A program made the position numbers and the translations under genes. The notes below the pieces were generated by a model. The model did not search any database. It saw nothing but the letters and a program-made list of their open reading frames with translations, and was not told the DNA's origin. DNA of 64,000 bases from a bacterium (lineage in GTDB: Bacteria > UBA8248), in NCBI GenBank assembly GCA_965199855.1, contig OZ241326.1, forward strand, positions 2,080,001-2,144,000, given 5' to 3'. Positions 1 to 9,545 of this stretch are shown in pieces; position 1 is the stretch's first letter; every line of letters begins with the position of its first letter.

Positions 1-711
1 ATAGCGATGGACAAGGCCGTGGCCAAGGCGGTGCTGCGCGCGGCGGGGCTGCCCGTGCTGCCCTCCCTCACCCTGCGCCCCGAGGCCTGGGAGAAGGAGC
101 GCGGCGCCATCCTGGAGAAGGCGGCCGCCGAGATCGGCTATCCCCTGTTCGTCAAGCCCTCCTCCTCGGGCAGCAGCGTCGGCGTCCACCTCGTGGAGAG
201 CGCGGAGGCGCTCCCCGCCGCCGTGGAGGACGCCTTCCGCTTCGACGCGAAGGTTCTCATCGAGGAGCATTCCCGGGGCCGGGAGGTGGAGTGCGCCGCG
301 CTCGAAGGGGCGCGCACGGACGACCTCCTCGCCAGCCCGCTCATGGAAATCCGGCCGAAGGAGGGCTGGTACGACTACGAGGCGAAATACGAAGAGGGGC
401 GCGCGGAGCTCGTCATTCCCGCCCCGGTGGAGGAATCCGTCGCCGAGGGCATCCGCTCCTACGCGCGCGCCGCGTTCCGCGCCCTGGGCTGCTCCGGCCT
501 CGCCCGCGTGGACTTCTTCTACCGAGAGAAGACGGGCGAGACCTACGTGAGCGAGGTGAACACCCTGCCCGGCTTCACGCGGCTGAGCGGATACCCCCGG
601 ATGATCCGCGCGGCCGGCGTCCTCTACCCCGAGATGCTGGACAGGCTCATCGACTGCGCGCTGGCGCGCCGCGAGAAGCTGGCGGCGAGGGAATACGACC
701 GCAAGGGCTAG
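1..711 (+). CDS. ddl: D-alanine--D-alanine ligase, 5' end cut by the window edge
   Basis: ATP-grasp motifs MDK, FVKP..GSSVGV, YDYEAKY, RVDFF and EVNTLPGFT. The frame is open from base 1. Confidence 0.95.
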   Translation: MAMDKAVAKAVLRAAGLPVLPSLTLRPEAWEKERGAILEKAAAEIGYPLFVKPSSSGSSVGVHLVESAEALPAAVEDAFRFDAKVLIEEHSRGREVECAALEGARTDDLLASPLMEIRPKEGWYDYEAKYEEGRAELVIPAPVEESVAEGIRSYARAAFRALGCSGLARVDFFYREKTGETYVSEVNTLPGFTRLSGYPRMIRAAGVLYPEMLDRLIDCALARREKLAAREYDRKG

Positions 712-744
712 CCGGCCTCTCTCTCCGCGCGCCGCCGCGCGGCC

Positions 745-1743
745 TCAGCCCCCGGGCGCCAGGCGCTCCCGCAGAAAGGCGAACGCGCGCTCCTCGGCCC
801 AATAGCCGGGCGAGCGGACGCTCCGGCCCGACACGAAGCCCACGTGCCCTCCCCTTTTGGACAGGACGCCGGTGAGCCAGGGGGACTTTTCTATCTCCTC
901 GCGGGGGAATACGCGGGCGGGGACGATGGGGTCGTCCTCCGAGGCGAGAAGAAGCGTCTTCACCCGGACGCGGGAGAGCCAGGGGGAGCAGTCCGCCTTT
1001 TCGTAGTAGTCCAGCTCGTCGCGGAAGCCGTAGAGGGGCGCGATGACCGCGCGATCGAACTCGTGGAACGTCCGCGCGCGCCGCGCCGCCTCCGCCTCGA
1101 TGAGGCCGGGGTGACGCTCCGAGAACTCGCGCGCCTTTCGCTTCGCGCTGCCCAGCAGATGCCGCCTGTAGAGCCAGCCCGCCGGGGAATCGAGCGCCCT
1201 CGCGCAGACGCCCGGCTGGAAGCTCGCCGAGACGCAGACCGCCCCCCGAACGCGCGGGGAGACTCCCTCCCCCCGCTCGCCCAGCCACCGGAGCAGGACG
1301 CTCCCCCCCAGGGAGAAGCCCGCCAGCGCGAGGGGGGCGTCGAACCTCCCGAGAATCCGCTCCGCCGCGAAGGCCAGATCGCCCGTCTCCCCGCAGTGGT
1401 AGAAGCGGGGCCGCAGGTTCGGCGCCCCGCCGCACGAGCGGAAGTTCAGCGCCGCCGCCCGCCAGCCCAGGGCGCGCGCCCGCGCCGCCGCCCCGCGCGC
1501 GTAATGGGAGGCGGAGGAGCCCTCCAGCCCGTGCAGGATGAGCAGCGTCGGCGCGCCGGGGGCTTCGGCGTCGAGGAAATCGACTTCGAGAAAATCGCCG
1601 TCGGGCGTCTCCCAGCGCTCCCGCCGCCAGTCGATTCGCGGGTGCTTGCGGAAAAAATACCCCCAGGCGCTCTGAAGATGGGCGCCGGGGCAATACCAGG
1701 CGGGGCGAAACGGGGGGGCGCCCCGGGAGGGCTGGGAAGTCAT
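745..1743 (-). CDS. YheT-family alpha/beta hydrolase (putative esterase/lipase)
   Basis: HGLEGS, nucleophile elbow GFSLGG, DDP acid motif and GGHVGF histidine motif. Confidence 0.88.
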   Translation of the reverse strand: MTSQPSRGAPPFRPAWYCPGAHLQSAWGYFFRKHPRIDWRRERWETPDGDFLEVDFLDAEAPGAPTLLILHGLEGSSASHYARGAAARARALGWRAAALNFRSCGGAPNLRPRFYHCGETGDLAFAAERILGRFDAPLALAGFSLGGSVLLRWLGERGEGVSPRVRGAVCVSASFQPGVCARALDSPAGWLYRRHLLGSAKRKAREFSERHPGLIEAEAARRARTFHEFDRAVIAPLYGFRDELDYYEKADCSPWLSRVRVKTLLLASEDDPIVPARVFPREEIEKSPWLTGVLSKRGGHVGFVSGRSVRSPGYWAEERAFAFLRERLAPGG

Positions 1744-1761
1744 GCCGCGCGCGGGAGGGAA

Positions 1762-2682
1762 TCAGCCGTCCAGGCCGAAAATCGCCCTGTAGATGTCCTC
1801 CCGATGCGTCGGCGGGTCCTGGCTGCGGTGGTTTCTCTCGTATTTCTGCGCCAGCACCTGATAGAGCCCCAGCGAGTTCGAGAAAAAGGCGACCGAGGAG
1901 CAGACCAGCCAGATGCGATAGACGCGGTAGGTGCGCTCGCCGACCAGCGCCTTTATCTTCTCGGCCCTCTCCTCGAACCTCTCATACCACTGCCTGCAGG
2001 TGCGCGCGTAGTGAAGCCTGAGATTCTCCACGTCGAGAATCTCCCAGCGCGCCCGCTCCATCACGTCCTGAATGTGGGAGATGTTGTCCAGCTCCCCGTT
2101 GGGAAAGACGTTGCGCAGCAGAAAGTCGTACTGGCTCGTGCGCTTCCAGAACTTGTTGGCCGTGATTCCGTGGTTGAGGAACAGCCCCCCCTCCCGCAGG
2201 CGGCTCCTGACGGAGGCGAAGTAGGCCGGGTAGTTGGCGATGCCTACGTGCTCGATGATGCCGATGGCGGAAATCTTGTCGAAGGTGCGCTCCTTCGGGA
2301 AATCCCTGTAGTCCATGTGGTGAATCTCGCACCTGCCCTCCAGCCCCTCCCGGCGCACCCACTCCCGGCCCCAGGCGGCCTGCTCGCGCGAGAGCGTAAC
2401 CCCGGTCGCGTTCACGCCGTAGCGCTTCGCCGCCCATATCGCCAGCGAACCCCAGCCGCAGCCGATGTCGAGATAGTCCTCCCCGGGGGCGAGCCTGAGC
2501 TTCGCGCAGACGAGGTCCATCTTGTCGCGCTGCGCCTGGGCGAGCGCGCCGTCCGGCTCGCGGTAGTAGGCGCACGTATAGACCATGTTCTCGCACAGGA
2601 ACTGCTCGTAGAACTCGTTGGACCTGTCGTAGTGGTGCGAGATCGCCCGGGCGTCGAATTCCTTCGTTCTCTCTTTCACCAT
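1762..2682 (-). CDS. cfa: Cfa-family SAM-dependent lipid methyltransferase, catalytic domain only
   Basis: HYD, MVYTCAY, LDIGCGWG, EHVG, NHGI and HY motifs. Start moved to the ATG at 2682 after a GAGG RBS. The usual N-terminal domain is absent. Confidence 0.85.
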   Translation of the reverse strand: MVKERTKEFDARAISHHYDRSNEFYEQFLCENMVYTCAYYREPDGALAQAQRDKMDLVCAKLRLAPGEDYLDIGCGWGSLAIWAAKRYGVNATGVTLSREQAAWGREWVRREGLEGRCEIHHMDYRDFPKERTFDKISAIGIIEHVGIANYPAYFASVRSRLREGGLFLNHGITANKFWKRTSQYDFLLRNVFPNGELDNISHIQDVMERARWEILDVENLRLHYARTCRQWYERFEERAEKIKALVGERTYRVYRIWLVCSSVAFFSNSLGLYQVLAQKYERNHRSQDPPTHREDIYRAIFGLDG

Positions 2683-2701
2683 GGCCGCCTCAACCTCGTT
2701 T

Positions 2702-3814
2702 TCAGCCGATTCCGAACGCGCCTTCCAGCACCAGCCGGCGCCTGAGCCAGGCGTTGCGGCAGATGAACCGCGCCGCGCCGAGGACAACCCCGTCGGGCGC
2801 GCGCTCGACCAGCCCGTCGAGCATCCCTCCCCCGCCGCGCCCGTATTTCCGGGCGATCGCGCCTCCGTATGCCTCCAGACTCTCGCCCGTCCGCAGGTGC
2901 GCGTCCACCGCCTCGGCCGCCATCCTGGCGCTGCGGACGGCGGGGCCGATGCCCTCCCCGCTGAAGTCCTTGGCCAGCCCGGCGGCGTCGCCGACGAGGA
3001 CGAACCCCTCGCCCGCCGGCCGCCGCGCGCGGCCGCGGTGGACGGAATAGGCGTGGCCGCGGAACTTCGTGAGCTCCATCTTCTCGGGCAGCCTGCCCGT
3101 CCGGCGGAACTTCTCCAGCAGCGCCTCCAGCCGCTCGTGGACGCTCGGGCGCCTGCCGATGCAGCCCACCCCGATGTTCAAAAAATCTCCCTTGGTGAAA
3201 TACCAGGCGTAGCCCTTGAAGTCCGGCTCCGCGAACAGCTCGGGCAGGCCGTAGTTCGGCGCCAGGGCGCGGAGCCTCGCCGCGCCCACGTTCGTCTCGC
3301 TCTCCTGCGTGAGAACGACGGATTCCTCGCGCGACGCCTCGCCGAAGGCCCTGGCGACGGGGCAGGCGTGCCCCCCCGCGCCGATGACGACGGGCGCCTC
3401 TATCTTCTCCCCTCCGACGTCCACGCGCATCCCCCGCGCCGTCCTCTCGACGCCCCGCACCCGCGCGCCCTCGCGCGCCTCCGCGCCCTCCTCCCGCGCG
3501 CGCCCCAGCAGCCAGGCGTCGAACTGGCTCCGGATGATGCCGTAGCTCGCAGGCTCGCTCCACCTCGTCTCGAAGAGCCTGTCGCCGCAGCCCAGGAACA
3601 CGCTCTGAAACGACTGGATCGTGTGGGGATACTCCTCCGGCCTGATTTCCAGGTCCGCCAGCACCTGCTTCGTCACCCAGCCCGCGCAGAGCTTCACGCG
3701 GGGAAACGAGGCGGCGTCCAGGAGCAGGACGCGCCGGCCGCGCCGCGCCAGCTCCCGGGCGGCGGCGCTGCCGCCCGGGCCGCCGCCGACGATGAGGGCG
3801 TCCCACGCGCTCAT
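2702..3814 (-). CDS. Geranylgeranyl-reductase-family FAD-dependent oxidoreductase
   Basis: GGGPGGS, FPRVKLCAG, R..FD..L, GYAWYF and VGDAAG....SGEGI. The ATG at 3814 overlaps the upstream TGA (ATGA). Confidence 0.88.
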   Translation of the reverse strand: MSAWDALIVGGGPGGSAAARELARRGRRVLLLDAASFPRVKLCAGWVTKQVLADLEIRPEEYPHTIQSFQSVFLGCGDRLFETRWSEPASYGIIRSQFDAWLLGRAREEGAEAREGARVRGVERTARGMRVDVGGEKIEAPVVIGAGGHACPVARAFGEASREESVVLTQESETNVGAARLRALAPNYGLPELFAEPDFKGYAWYFTKGDFLNIGVGCIGRRPSVHERLEALLEKFRRTGRLPEKMELTKFRGHAYSVHRGRARRPAGEGFVLVGDAAGLAKDFSGEGIGPAVRSARMAAEAVDAHLRTGESLEAYGGAIARKYGRGGGGMLDGLVERAPDGVVLGAARFICRNAWLRRRLVLEGAFGIG

Positions 3815-4167
3815 TCGGAGAGCTTCCAGATGCGAAAGGCGAGCAGGAGCTTCCGCAGCGCGCCCGGCTCGATGCTGTCCAGGCTGTCGCCCACCTTCAT
3901 GACCTCGAACAAATCGCCCTCGAAGTCGATGGCACCGTCGCAGTAGGCTTCGGCGAAGGCGTCCGCCTGGGGGTTCAGCAGAACGCGCTTGAAGGCGGCC
4001 AGCGAGGTGAAGACGACGGTGACGGGAACCACCTCCCGCCCCACCGCCAGCGTCGAGCCGTCCCACATGCGAAAATTGAGTCCGTATTCGAGGTCCGCGA
4101 AAATCCGCCGCAGAACGTCGGCCGCCCCGGACGCGGCGGAGCGGCTCCTGGCGGGGGACGCGTTCAC
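3811..4167 (-). CDS. Stand-alone homolog of the Cfa N-terminal (lipid-binding) domain, about 118 aa
   Basis: GGAGG RBS then GTG at 4167. F(R)MWDGS...F..P...FAEAYCDGAIDFEGDL resembles the N-terminal region of full-length Cfa proteins. Confidence 0.75.
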   Translation of the reverse strand: MNASPARSRSAASGAADVLRRIFADLEYGLNFRMWDGSTLAVGREVVPVTVVFTSLAAFKRVLLNPQADAFAEAYCDGAIDFEGDLFEVMKVGDSLDSIEPGALRKLLLAFRIWKLSE

Positions 4168-4264
4168 GATGCCATCCTCCTCGAATGATTCGGCGGGGGA
4201 TGATGTATCGGGCGGCGCGGCTCGCGCCCGGCCCCCCGGAGCGGGCCGGGCGCTCATCGGTTTG

Positions 4265-4293
4265 AAATAACGCTCATGGCGCGCCTCTGTCAA
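4265..4293 (-). promoter_or_regulatory. Putative sigma70 promoter of the cfa-like operon
   Basis: TTGACA on the minus strand, a 17-18 nt spacer, then a TTATTT/TATTTC -10-like box. Confidence 0.45.
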
Positions 4294-4367
4294 CCGCTCT
4301 TCACGGCGCGGGGAGCGGGGGGCTTCCATCCTCCATGCGGCGCGCCGCCGGGAATCCCCCGCCGCCC

Positions 4368-5225
4368 CTAGCGGAACGACGTCACCAGAACCACGCCCGA
4401 GACGGTGAACAGCGCGCCCAGGGCGACGCGCCGGGTGATTCTCTCCCTGTCGCCCAGAATCAGGGGCGCGAGAACGAGGGTGAAAAGCGGCACCGTCGCC
4501 ACCAGGGGCGAGACGCGCGAGACCTCCCACCGGCTCAGCGCGGCCAGCAGCGCCAGCTGGGCGGCGGCCATGGCGAGGCCCGAGAGGATGAAATTCCCGG
4601 TTGAAGCCCTGCTGAAGACGAACGGACTCCAGCCCGCGCTCACCTTCAGGAGGAGGGGGCCGGCGGTCGATGCCGCCAGGGACTGCAGAAACGCCCCGAA
4701 GAGGAGCGAGTCCATGCCCGCCAGCCCCACCTTCCTGAGCATGTGCGCCAGCCCGAAAAAGGCGGCCGAGGCGAAGGGCAGGAGCAGCCCGCGCCCTCTC
4801 GCCAGCAGGCCTCCCCCGCTCGACATCCAGAACACCCCGGCCGCGACGAGGAGGATGCCCGCCCACACCATGGCGGAGGGGCGCTCCCCGAGAAACGCGA
4901 AGGCCCAGAGCGCCCCGAAAATGGCGTGGGTGTTGGAGATGGCGCTCGTGGGCGCCACGCCGATGCGCTGAATCGAGCGGAACAGGAACAGCAGGGCGAG
5001 CGCGGGCGAGGAAAGCCCCGCCGCCAGAAAGGCGAGCCAGTGGACGGAAAGCGATATTCCGCTGAAATCCACCAGTGCCAGGGTGAGGGAGAAGACGACG
5101 AGCTGGGTGAGGAGGACGACGAGGCTTCCCGTGTGCGGGGTGCTGCCGTCCAGCCCCTTGCGGGTCATGATGCTGGAGAGGCAGAAGAAAAGCGCCGGAA
5201 TCAGGGCGAGGGGCTCAAACGGCAT
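4368..5225 (-). CDS. EamA/DMT-family transporter
   Basis: About 10 hydrophobic helices in two repeats, with FLGER and LGDRERIT loop motifs. Confidence 0.88.
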   Translation of the reverse strand: MPFEPLALIPALFFCLSSIMTRKGLDGSTPHTGSLVVLLTQLVVFSLTLALVDFSGISLSVHWLAFLAAGLSSPALALLFLFRSIQRIGVAPTSAISNTHAIFGALWAFAFLGERPSAMVWAGILLVAAGVFWMSSGGGLLARGRGLLLPFASAAFFGLAHMLRKVGLAGMDSLLFGAFLQSLAASTAGPLLLKVSAGWSPFVFSRASTGNFILSGLAMAAAQLALLAALSRWEVSRVSPLVATVPLFTLVLAPLILGDRERITRRVALGALFTVSGVVLVTSFR

Positions 5226-5278
5226 TCAGACTCCGGCCCGGGCGGGCGCGCCGCTCCGCCGGGGGCGGCGAAGGGCGC

Positions 5279-6229
5279 TCAGGAGGCGACTTCGGGGTTC
5301 ACGACGTTGACGGGCCGCTCGCCGGCGAGCGCCAGGCGCACGTTCTCCGCCGTCCGCTCCATGGCGGCGGTCTGCGTCTCCGGCGTCCGGGAGGCGTGGT
5401 GCGGGCTGACGAGGACGTTCGAGAGCCCCCACAGGCCGTGCTCCTTCGGCAGGGGCTCGGGGTCCGTGACGTCAAGCCCGGCGCCTCCCAGGTGGCCGGC
5501 GCGCATCACCTCCAGCAGGTCATCGCTCACCACGGCGGGGCCCCGGGAGACGTTGACGAGAATGGCGTCGGGCTTCATTTTCAGCAAATTCTCCCGGCCC
5601 ATGATCCCCCGCGTCTCGGGCGCCAGGGGCATGCACAGAACCAGAAAGTCCGCCCGCGGCAGGAGGTCGTCGAAAGAGAGGAACTCGAGCCTCGCCTCGG
5701 GCACGTAGGAGGGGTCCTCCGTCCGCGTGTTCACGAGCAGCTCCATGCCGAAGCCGTGGCCGATGCGCGCCGCGCGGCGGCCGATGTCGCCCAGCCCCAC
5801 GACCCCGAGCGACTTGCCGCCCAGCTGCACCGCCGGCGTATGCTCCCACTCCTCCTGCCGGTGCCGCATCCAGGCGTGGCGCGCCAGATAGAGCGCCATG
5901 AAAAAGGCGTGCTCGGCCACCGAGCGCCCGCGCACGCCCTCCACGTTGCACACCAGGACGCCGCGCCCGGTCGCCGCCTCCACGTCGATGTTGTCCACGC
6001 CCGCGCCCGGCTTGGCCGCCACCCGGAGGTTCGGGGCCATCTCCATCATCTCGCGCGAGACGGGCCGGAACACCGTGAGGATGCCCTCCGCCTCCGGCAG
6101 GAGCGGCGCTATGACCTCCGGGGTGAACTCCTCCGGCGCCACGACCTCGTGTTCGCCGCCCAGCCAGTCGGAGGACACGCGCCACGCCGGGGTCGAGTAG
6201 AGCGGATCGATCAAAACGACTTTCGCCAT
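5279..6229 (-). CDS. D-isomer-specific 2-hydroxyacid dehydrogenase
   Basis: GAGVDNID, GLGDIG, NVSRG, LDVTDPEP and SPHHA. Confidence 0.92.
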   Translation of the reverse strand: MAKVVLIDPLYSTPAWRVSSDWLGGEHEVVAPEEFTPEVIAPLLPEAEGILTVFRPVSREMMEMAPNLRVAAKPGAGVDNIDVEAATGRGVLVCNVEGVRGRSVAEHAFFMALYLARHAWMRHRQEEWEHTPAVQLGGKSLGVVGLGDIGRRAARIGHGFGMELLVNTRTEDPSYVPEARLEFLSFDDLLPRADFLVLCMPLAPETRGIMGRENLLKMKPDAILVNVSRGPAVVSDDLLEVMRAGHLGGAGLDVTDPEPLPKEHGLWGLSNVLVSPHHASRTPETQTAAMERTAENVRLALAGERPVNVVNPEVAS

Positions 6230-6349
6230 CGCCGGAAGCTCCTCAGGGGGTTTTCATGGAGAAGCGGCGCGCGCGCGTTTCAGGGGGGAGTATCCGTCCG
6301 CCCCGGGCCGGGTGGCCCGCGGGTTCGGGGGGCTGCTCTTTCCGCCTCC

Positions 6350-7441
6350 TCACCCGATGATCTTGAGTTCGGGCGCGGCCACCGGCCCCGACGCGTTGGC
6401 GATGGCGACCTGCTCGGCCACCTTTCTCGCCGCCTCCCGAAACGCCATGGCCACGGGATGCGCGGGTTCTCCCGCCACGACGGGCGTCCCGCAGTCTCCC
6501 CCCCTCCGCACCTTGATATCCAGCGGAATCGCGCCCAGGAAGGGCGTCTCGTAGCGTCGGGAGGCGCGCTCCCCGCCGCCGGTGTCGAAAATGTCCTCGC
6601 GGCGCCCGCACCCGGGACACTGGTAGTAGCTCATGTTCTCGATGATGCCGAGGATGGGCACGTCCGTCTTCCGGAACATCTGGAGGCCCTTGCGCGCGTC
6701 GAGCAGGGCGATGTCCTGGGGCGTGCTGACGATGACGGCGCCCGCCAGCGAGACCTGCTGGACGATGGTGAGCTGCGCGTCCCCGGTGCCGGGCGGCAAA
6801 TCGAGAATGAGGTAGTCGAGATCCCCCCAGATCGTCTCGCTCAGAAACTGCACCAGCGCGCGCATGACCATGGGGCCGCGCCAGATGACGGGGCTGTCCT
6901 CGTCCACCAGAAACCCCATCGACATGACCTTCAGGCCGTGCGCCTCGAGGGGGCGTATCTTGTTCTCCCCCTCGGCCATGGGCCGCGCCTCGGGAATTCC
7001 CAGCATCAGGGGCTGGCTCGGCCCGTAGATGTCGGCGTCCAGCACGCCGACCCTGGCACCCTCCATGCTCAGGGAGAGGGCGACGTTCGCGGCCACGGTC
7101 GATTTGCCCACGCCGCCCTTGCCGCTCGCCACGGCGATCATGTTCTTCACGCCCTCGACGGCCATCTTGCCGGCCATGGAGGTCCGCGCCATGACGCGGC
7201 TCGTCACGCGCACGTTCACCGCGCTCACGCCCGCCAGGGCGCCCACGGCCAGCTTGCACTCGCGCTCGAACTCCTCCTTGCGCGGATGCGCGGGCGTGGT
7301 CAGTTCCAGGGTGAAGGCGACCGCGTCCCCGCAAATCTGGACGTCCTTGATCATGTTGAGGCTCACGAGGTCTTTTCCGATCTCGGGGTCCCGCACGCCC
7401 CCGAGAGCCTCCAGAACCCGGGCTTCCGTCGCTTCCGACAT
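6350..7441 (-). CDS. apbC: Mrp/ApbC Fe-S cluster carrier ATPase
   Basis: N-terminal DUF59-like domain, GKGGVGKST, DADIYGPS, WRGPM, DLPPGTGD and CPGC. Confidence 0.95.
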   Translation of the reverse strand: MSEATEARVLEALGGVRDPEIGKDLVSLNMIKDVQICGDAVAFTLELTTPAHPRKEEFERECKLAVGALAGVSAVNVRVTSRVMARTSMAGKMAVEGVKNMIAVASGKGGVGKSTVAANVALSLSMEGARVGVLDADIYGPSQPLMLGIPEARPMAEGENKIRPLEAHGLKVMSMGFLVDEDSPVIWRGPMVMRALVQFLSETIWGDLDYLILDLPPGTGDAQLTIVQQVSLAGAVIVSTPQDIALLDARKGLQMFRKTDVPILGIIENMSYYQCPGCGRREDIFDTGGGERASRRYETPFLGAIPLDIKVRRGGDCGTPVVAGEPAHPVAMAFREAARKVAEQVAIANASGPVAAPELKIIG

Positions 7442-7616
7442 TGCGGAATCCTCTGGAACGAAAGGGAAGTTTCATGGAAAATCACGCGGGGCGGGGCGCT
7501 CTCCCCGCGCCGCCCTCCCCTTATCTCCCGTCTTCGTTTCGGTGTCAAACGACAAAGACGGACGGAGCGGGCGGGCGCCGCGGGCGCGCGGGTTCGGCGA
7601 AAAACCCCGCGCGCGG

Positions 7617-7645
7617 TTGACGCATCGGCTCCGCCTCATTATTTT
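7617..7645 (+). promoter_or_regulatory. Putative sigma70 promoter of etfBA
   Basis: TTGACG-17 nt-TATTTT. Confidence 0.5.
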
Positions 7646-7730
7646 GAGGCCGTCTCATGCCGTCGATTCCGCGCGCGTCCGGGCGGCCGCGCGGCGGACC
7701 CGCGGCGGCGAAAGCGAGGAGAGCCGACCC

Positions 7731-8531
7731 TTGGACATCATCGTCTGCGTCAAGCAGGTGCAGGACCCGGACATCCCCCCCCGCGACTTCAGTGTCGACG
7801 AGGAGCGGATGGACGTCATCGCGCCCGCGAACGTCTCGCCCGTCATCAACGGCTTCTGCGAGAACGCCGTCGAGGCGGCCATCAGCCTCAAGGAGGCGCA
7901 CGGCGGAAAAGTCACCGTGATGACGGTGGGCGATGAGAAGGCCAGGGACGGCCTGAAGAAATGCCTCGCCATGGGCTGCGACGAGGCCGTCCTGCTCGAG
8001 GACGAGGCATTCGAGGGCTCCGACGCCTTCGGCGCGGCGCGGATTCTCGCCGCCGCCATCCGCAAACTGGAGGGCTTCGACGCGATTCTCTGCGGCAGGC
8101 TGAGCAGCGACTGGAGCTACGGCGCCACCGCCCTCGCCCTCGCCGAGGCGCTCGACCTCCCCAGCGTGAGCCAGCTGCAGAAGGTGGAGAAGACCGAGGG
8201 CGGCCTGCTGTGCGAGCGCGCCCTGGAGGACGGCGTGGAGGTCGTCGAGGTCTCGACGCCCTGCCTGCTCACCGCCAGCAACGAGCTCAACGCGCCGCGC
8301 CTGCCCTCGGTCAAGGGAATCCTCATGGCCTCGCGCAAGCAGATTCCCGTCTGGGGCGCGGAGGATATCGGAATCGACCGCGGCCTGGTCGGAGGGGAGG
8401 CCGCCACCTTCGAGGTCACCAGGCTCTACCAGCCGGTGTTCGACGGAAACTGCGAGTTCATCGAGGGCGAATCGCTCGAGGAGGCGGCCGGTGCCCTGGC
8501 GCTTCGCCTCCGAGAAGACAAGATCATCTAG
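7731..8531 (+). CDS. etfB: Electron transfer flavoprotein beta subunit
   Basis: TTG start after GAGGAG. IIVCVKQV, NAVEAA, AMGCD, CGR.SSD and PRLPS. Confidence 0.93.
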   Translation: MDIIVCVKQVQDPDIPPRDFSVDEERMDVIAPANVSPVINGFCENAVEAAISLKEAHGGKVTVMTVGDEKARDGLKKCLAMGCDEAVLLEDEAFEGSDAFGAARILAAAIRKLEGFDAILCGRLSSDWSYGATALALAEALDLPSVSQLQKVEKTEGGLLCERALEDGVEVVEVSTPCLLTASNELNAPRLPSVKGILMASRKQIPVWGAEDIGIDRGLVGGEAATFEVTRLYQPVFDGNCEFIEGESLEEAAGALALRLREDKII

Positions 8532-8548
8532 GGAGAAAGCGCGCCGCC

Positions 8549-9541
8549 ATGTCGAACGACGTCCTCATCCTCGCCGAGCGCGCGGGGGAGAAGCTCGCGC
8601 TCGTGAGCAGCGAGCTCTGCGGAATCGGGCGCAAGCTCGCCGACGAGCGGGGAGGCTCCCTCTCCGCCCTTCTGCTCGGCGGCGCCGGCGCGGGGGAGCT
8701 GGCGAAGGGGCTCATCGCCCTGGGCGCCGACAGGGCGCTGGCGGCCGAGTCGGAGATTCTGGCGGGCTACACGAACGCGGCGTATCTCAAGGTCATCGAC
8801 GCCGTCCTCGAGGAGGAGGGCCCGGGCGTCTTCCTGGTCGCCAACACCTCCGTCGGGCGCGACGTGGCGCCCCGGCTCGCCTTCCGCCGCGGCGCCTGCT
8901 ACGCCCACGACTGCACCGACCTCATGATCGAGGAGGGCAGGCTCGCCGCCGTCCGTCCGGTGCACGGGGGCAGCGCCGTCAGCCACGTCCGCTCGAGGAC
9001 GGAGGCGCTCTCCATCGCCTCCACGCGCGCGAAGGCCCTGCCCCTGGCGGAGGTTCAGGAGGGCCGCGAGGGAGAGTTCGTGGAAATCGGCGTCTCGGTG
9101 GACGCGGACGAGATCAGGATGAACTTCGTCGAGGCGAAGCGGGTGGAGGCCGGCGGCGTCCGCCTGGAAGACGCGGAAATCGTCGTGAGCGGCGGCCGGG
9201 GCCTCGGCGGGCCGGAGAATTTCGAGCAGCTCCGGGAGCTCGCCAAAGTCCTCAAGGCGGCCGTGGGCGCGAGCCGCGCCGCCGTGGACGCCGGCTGGGT
9301 TCCGACGCCCATGCAGGTGGGCCAGACGGGCAAGATCGTGAGTCCGAACCTCTACATCGCCGTCGGCATCTCCGGCGCCATGCAGCACATGGTCGGCGCG
9401 GGGCCGAGCAAGAACATCGTGGCCATCAACACGGACGCCGAGGCGCCCATCTTCCAGCGCGCGCGCTACGGCATCGTGGGAGACTACAAGAAGGTCATCC
9501 CCGCGCTGACGGAAAAATTCCGGGAGCTGATGAACTCCTGA
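8549..9541 (+). CDS. etfA: Electron transfer flavoprotein alpha subunit
   Basis: VSGGRG, GASRAAVDAGW, QVGQTGK, GISGAMQH and AINTD. Confidence 0.95.
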   Translation: MSNDVLILAERAGEKLALVSSELCGIGRKLADERGGSLSALLLGGAGAGELAKGLIALGADRALAAESEILAGYTNAAYLKVIDAVLEEEGPGVFLVANTSVGRDVAPRLAFRRGACYAHDCTDLMIEEGRLAAVRPVHGGSAVSHVRSRTEALSIASTRAKALPLAEVQEGREGEFVEIGVSVDADEIRMNFVEAKRVEAGGVRLEDAEIVVSGGRGLGGPENFEQLRELAKVLKAAVGASRAAVDAGWVPTPMQVGQTGKIVSPNLYIAVGISGAMQHMVGAGPSKNIVAINTDAEAPIFQRARYGIVGDYKKVIPALTEKFRELMNS

Positions 9542-9545
9542 ACCC

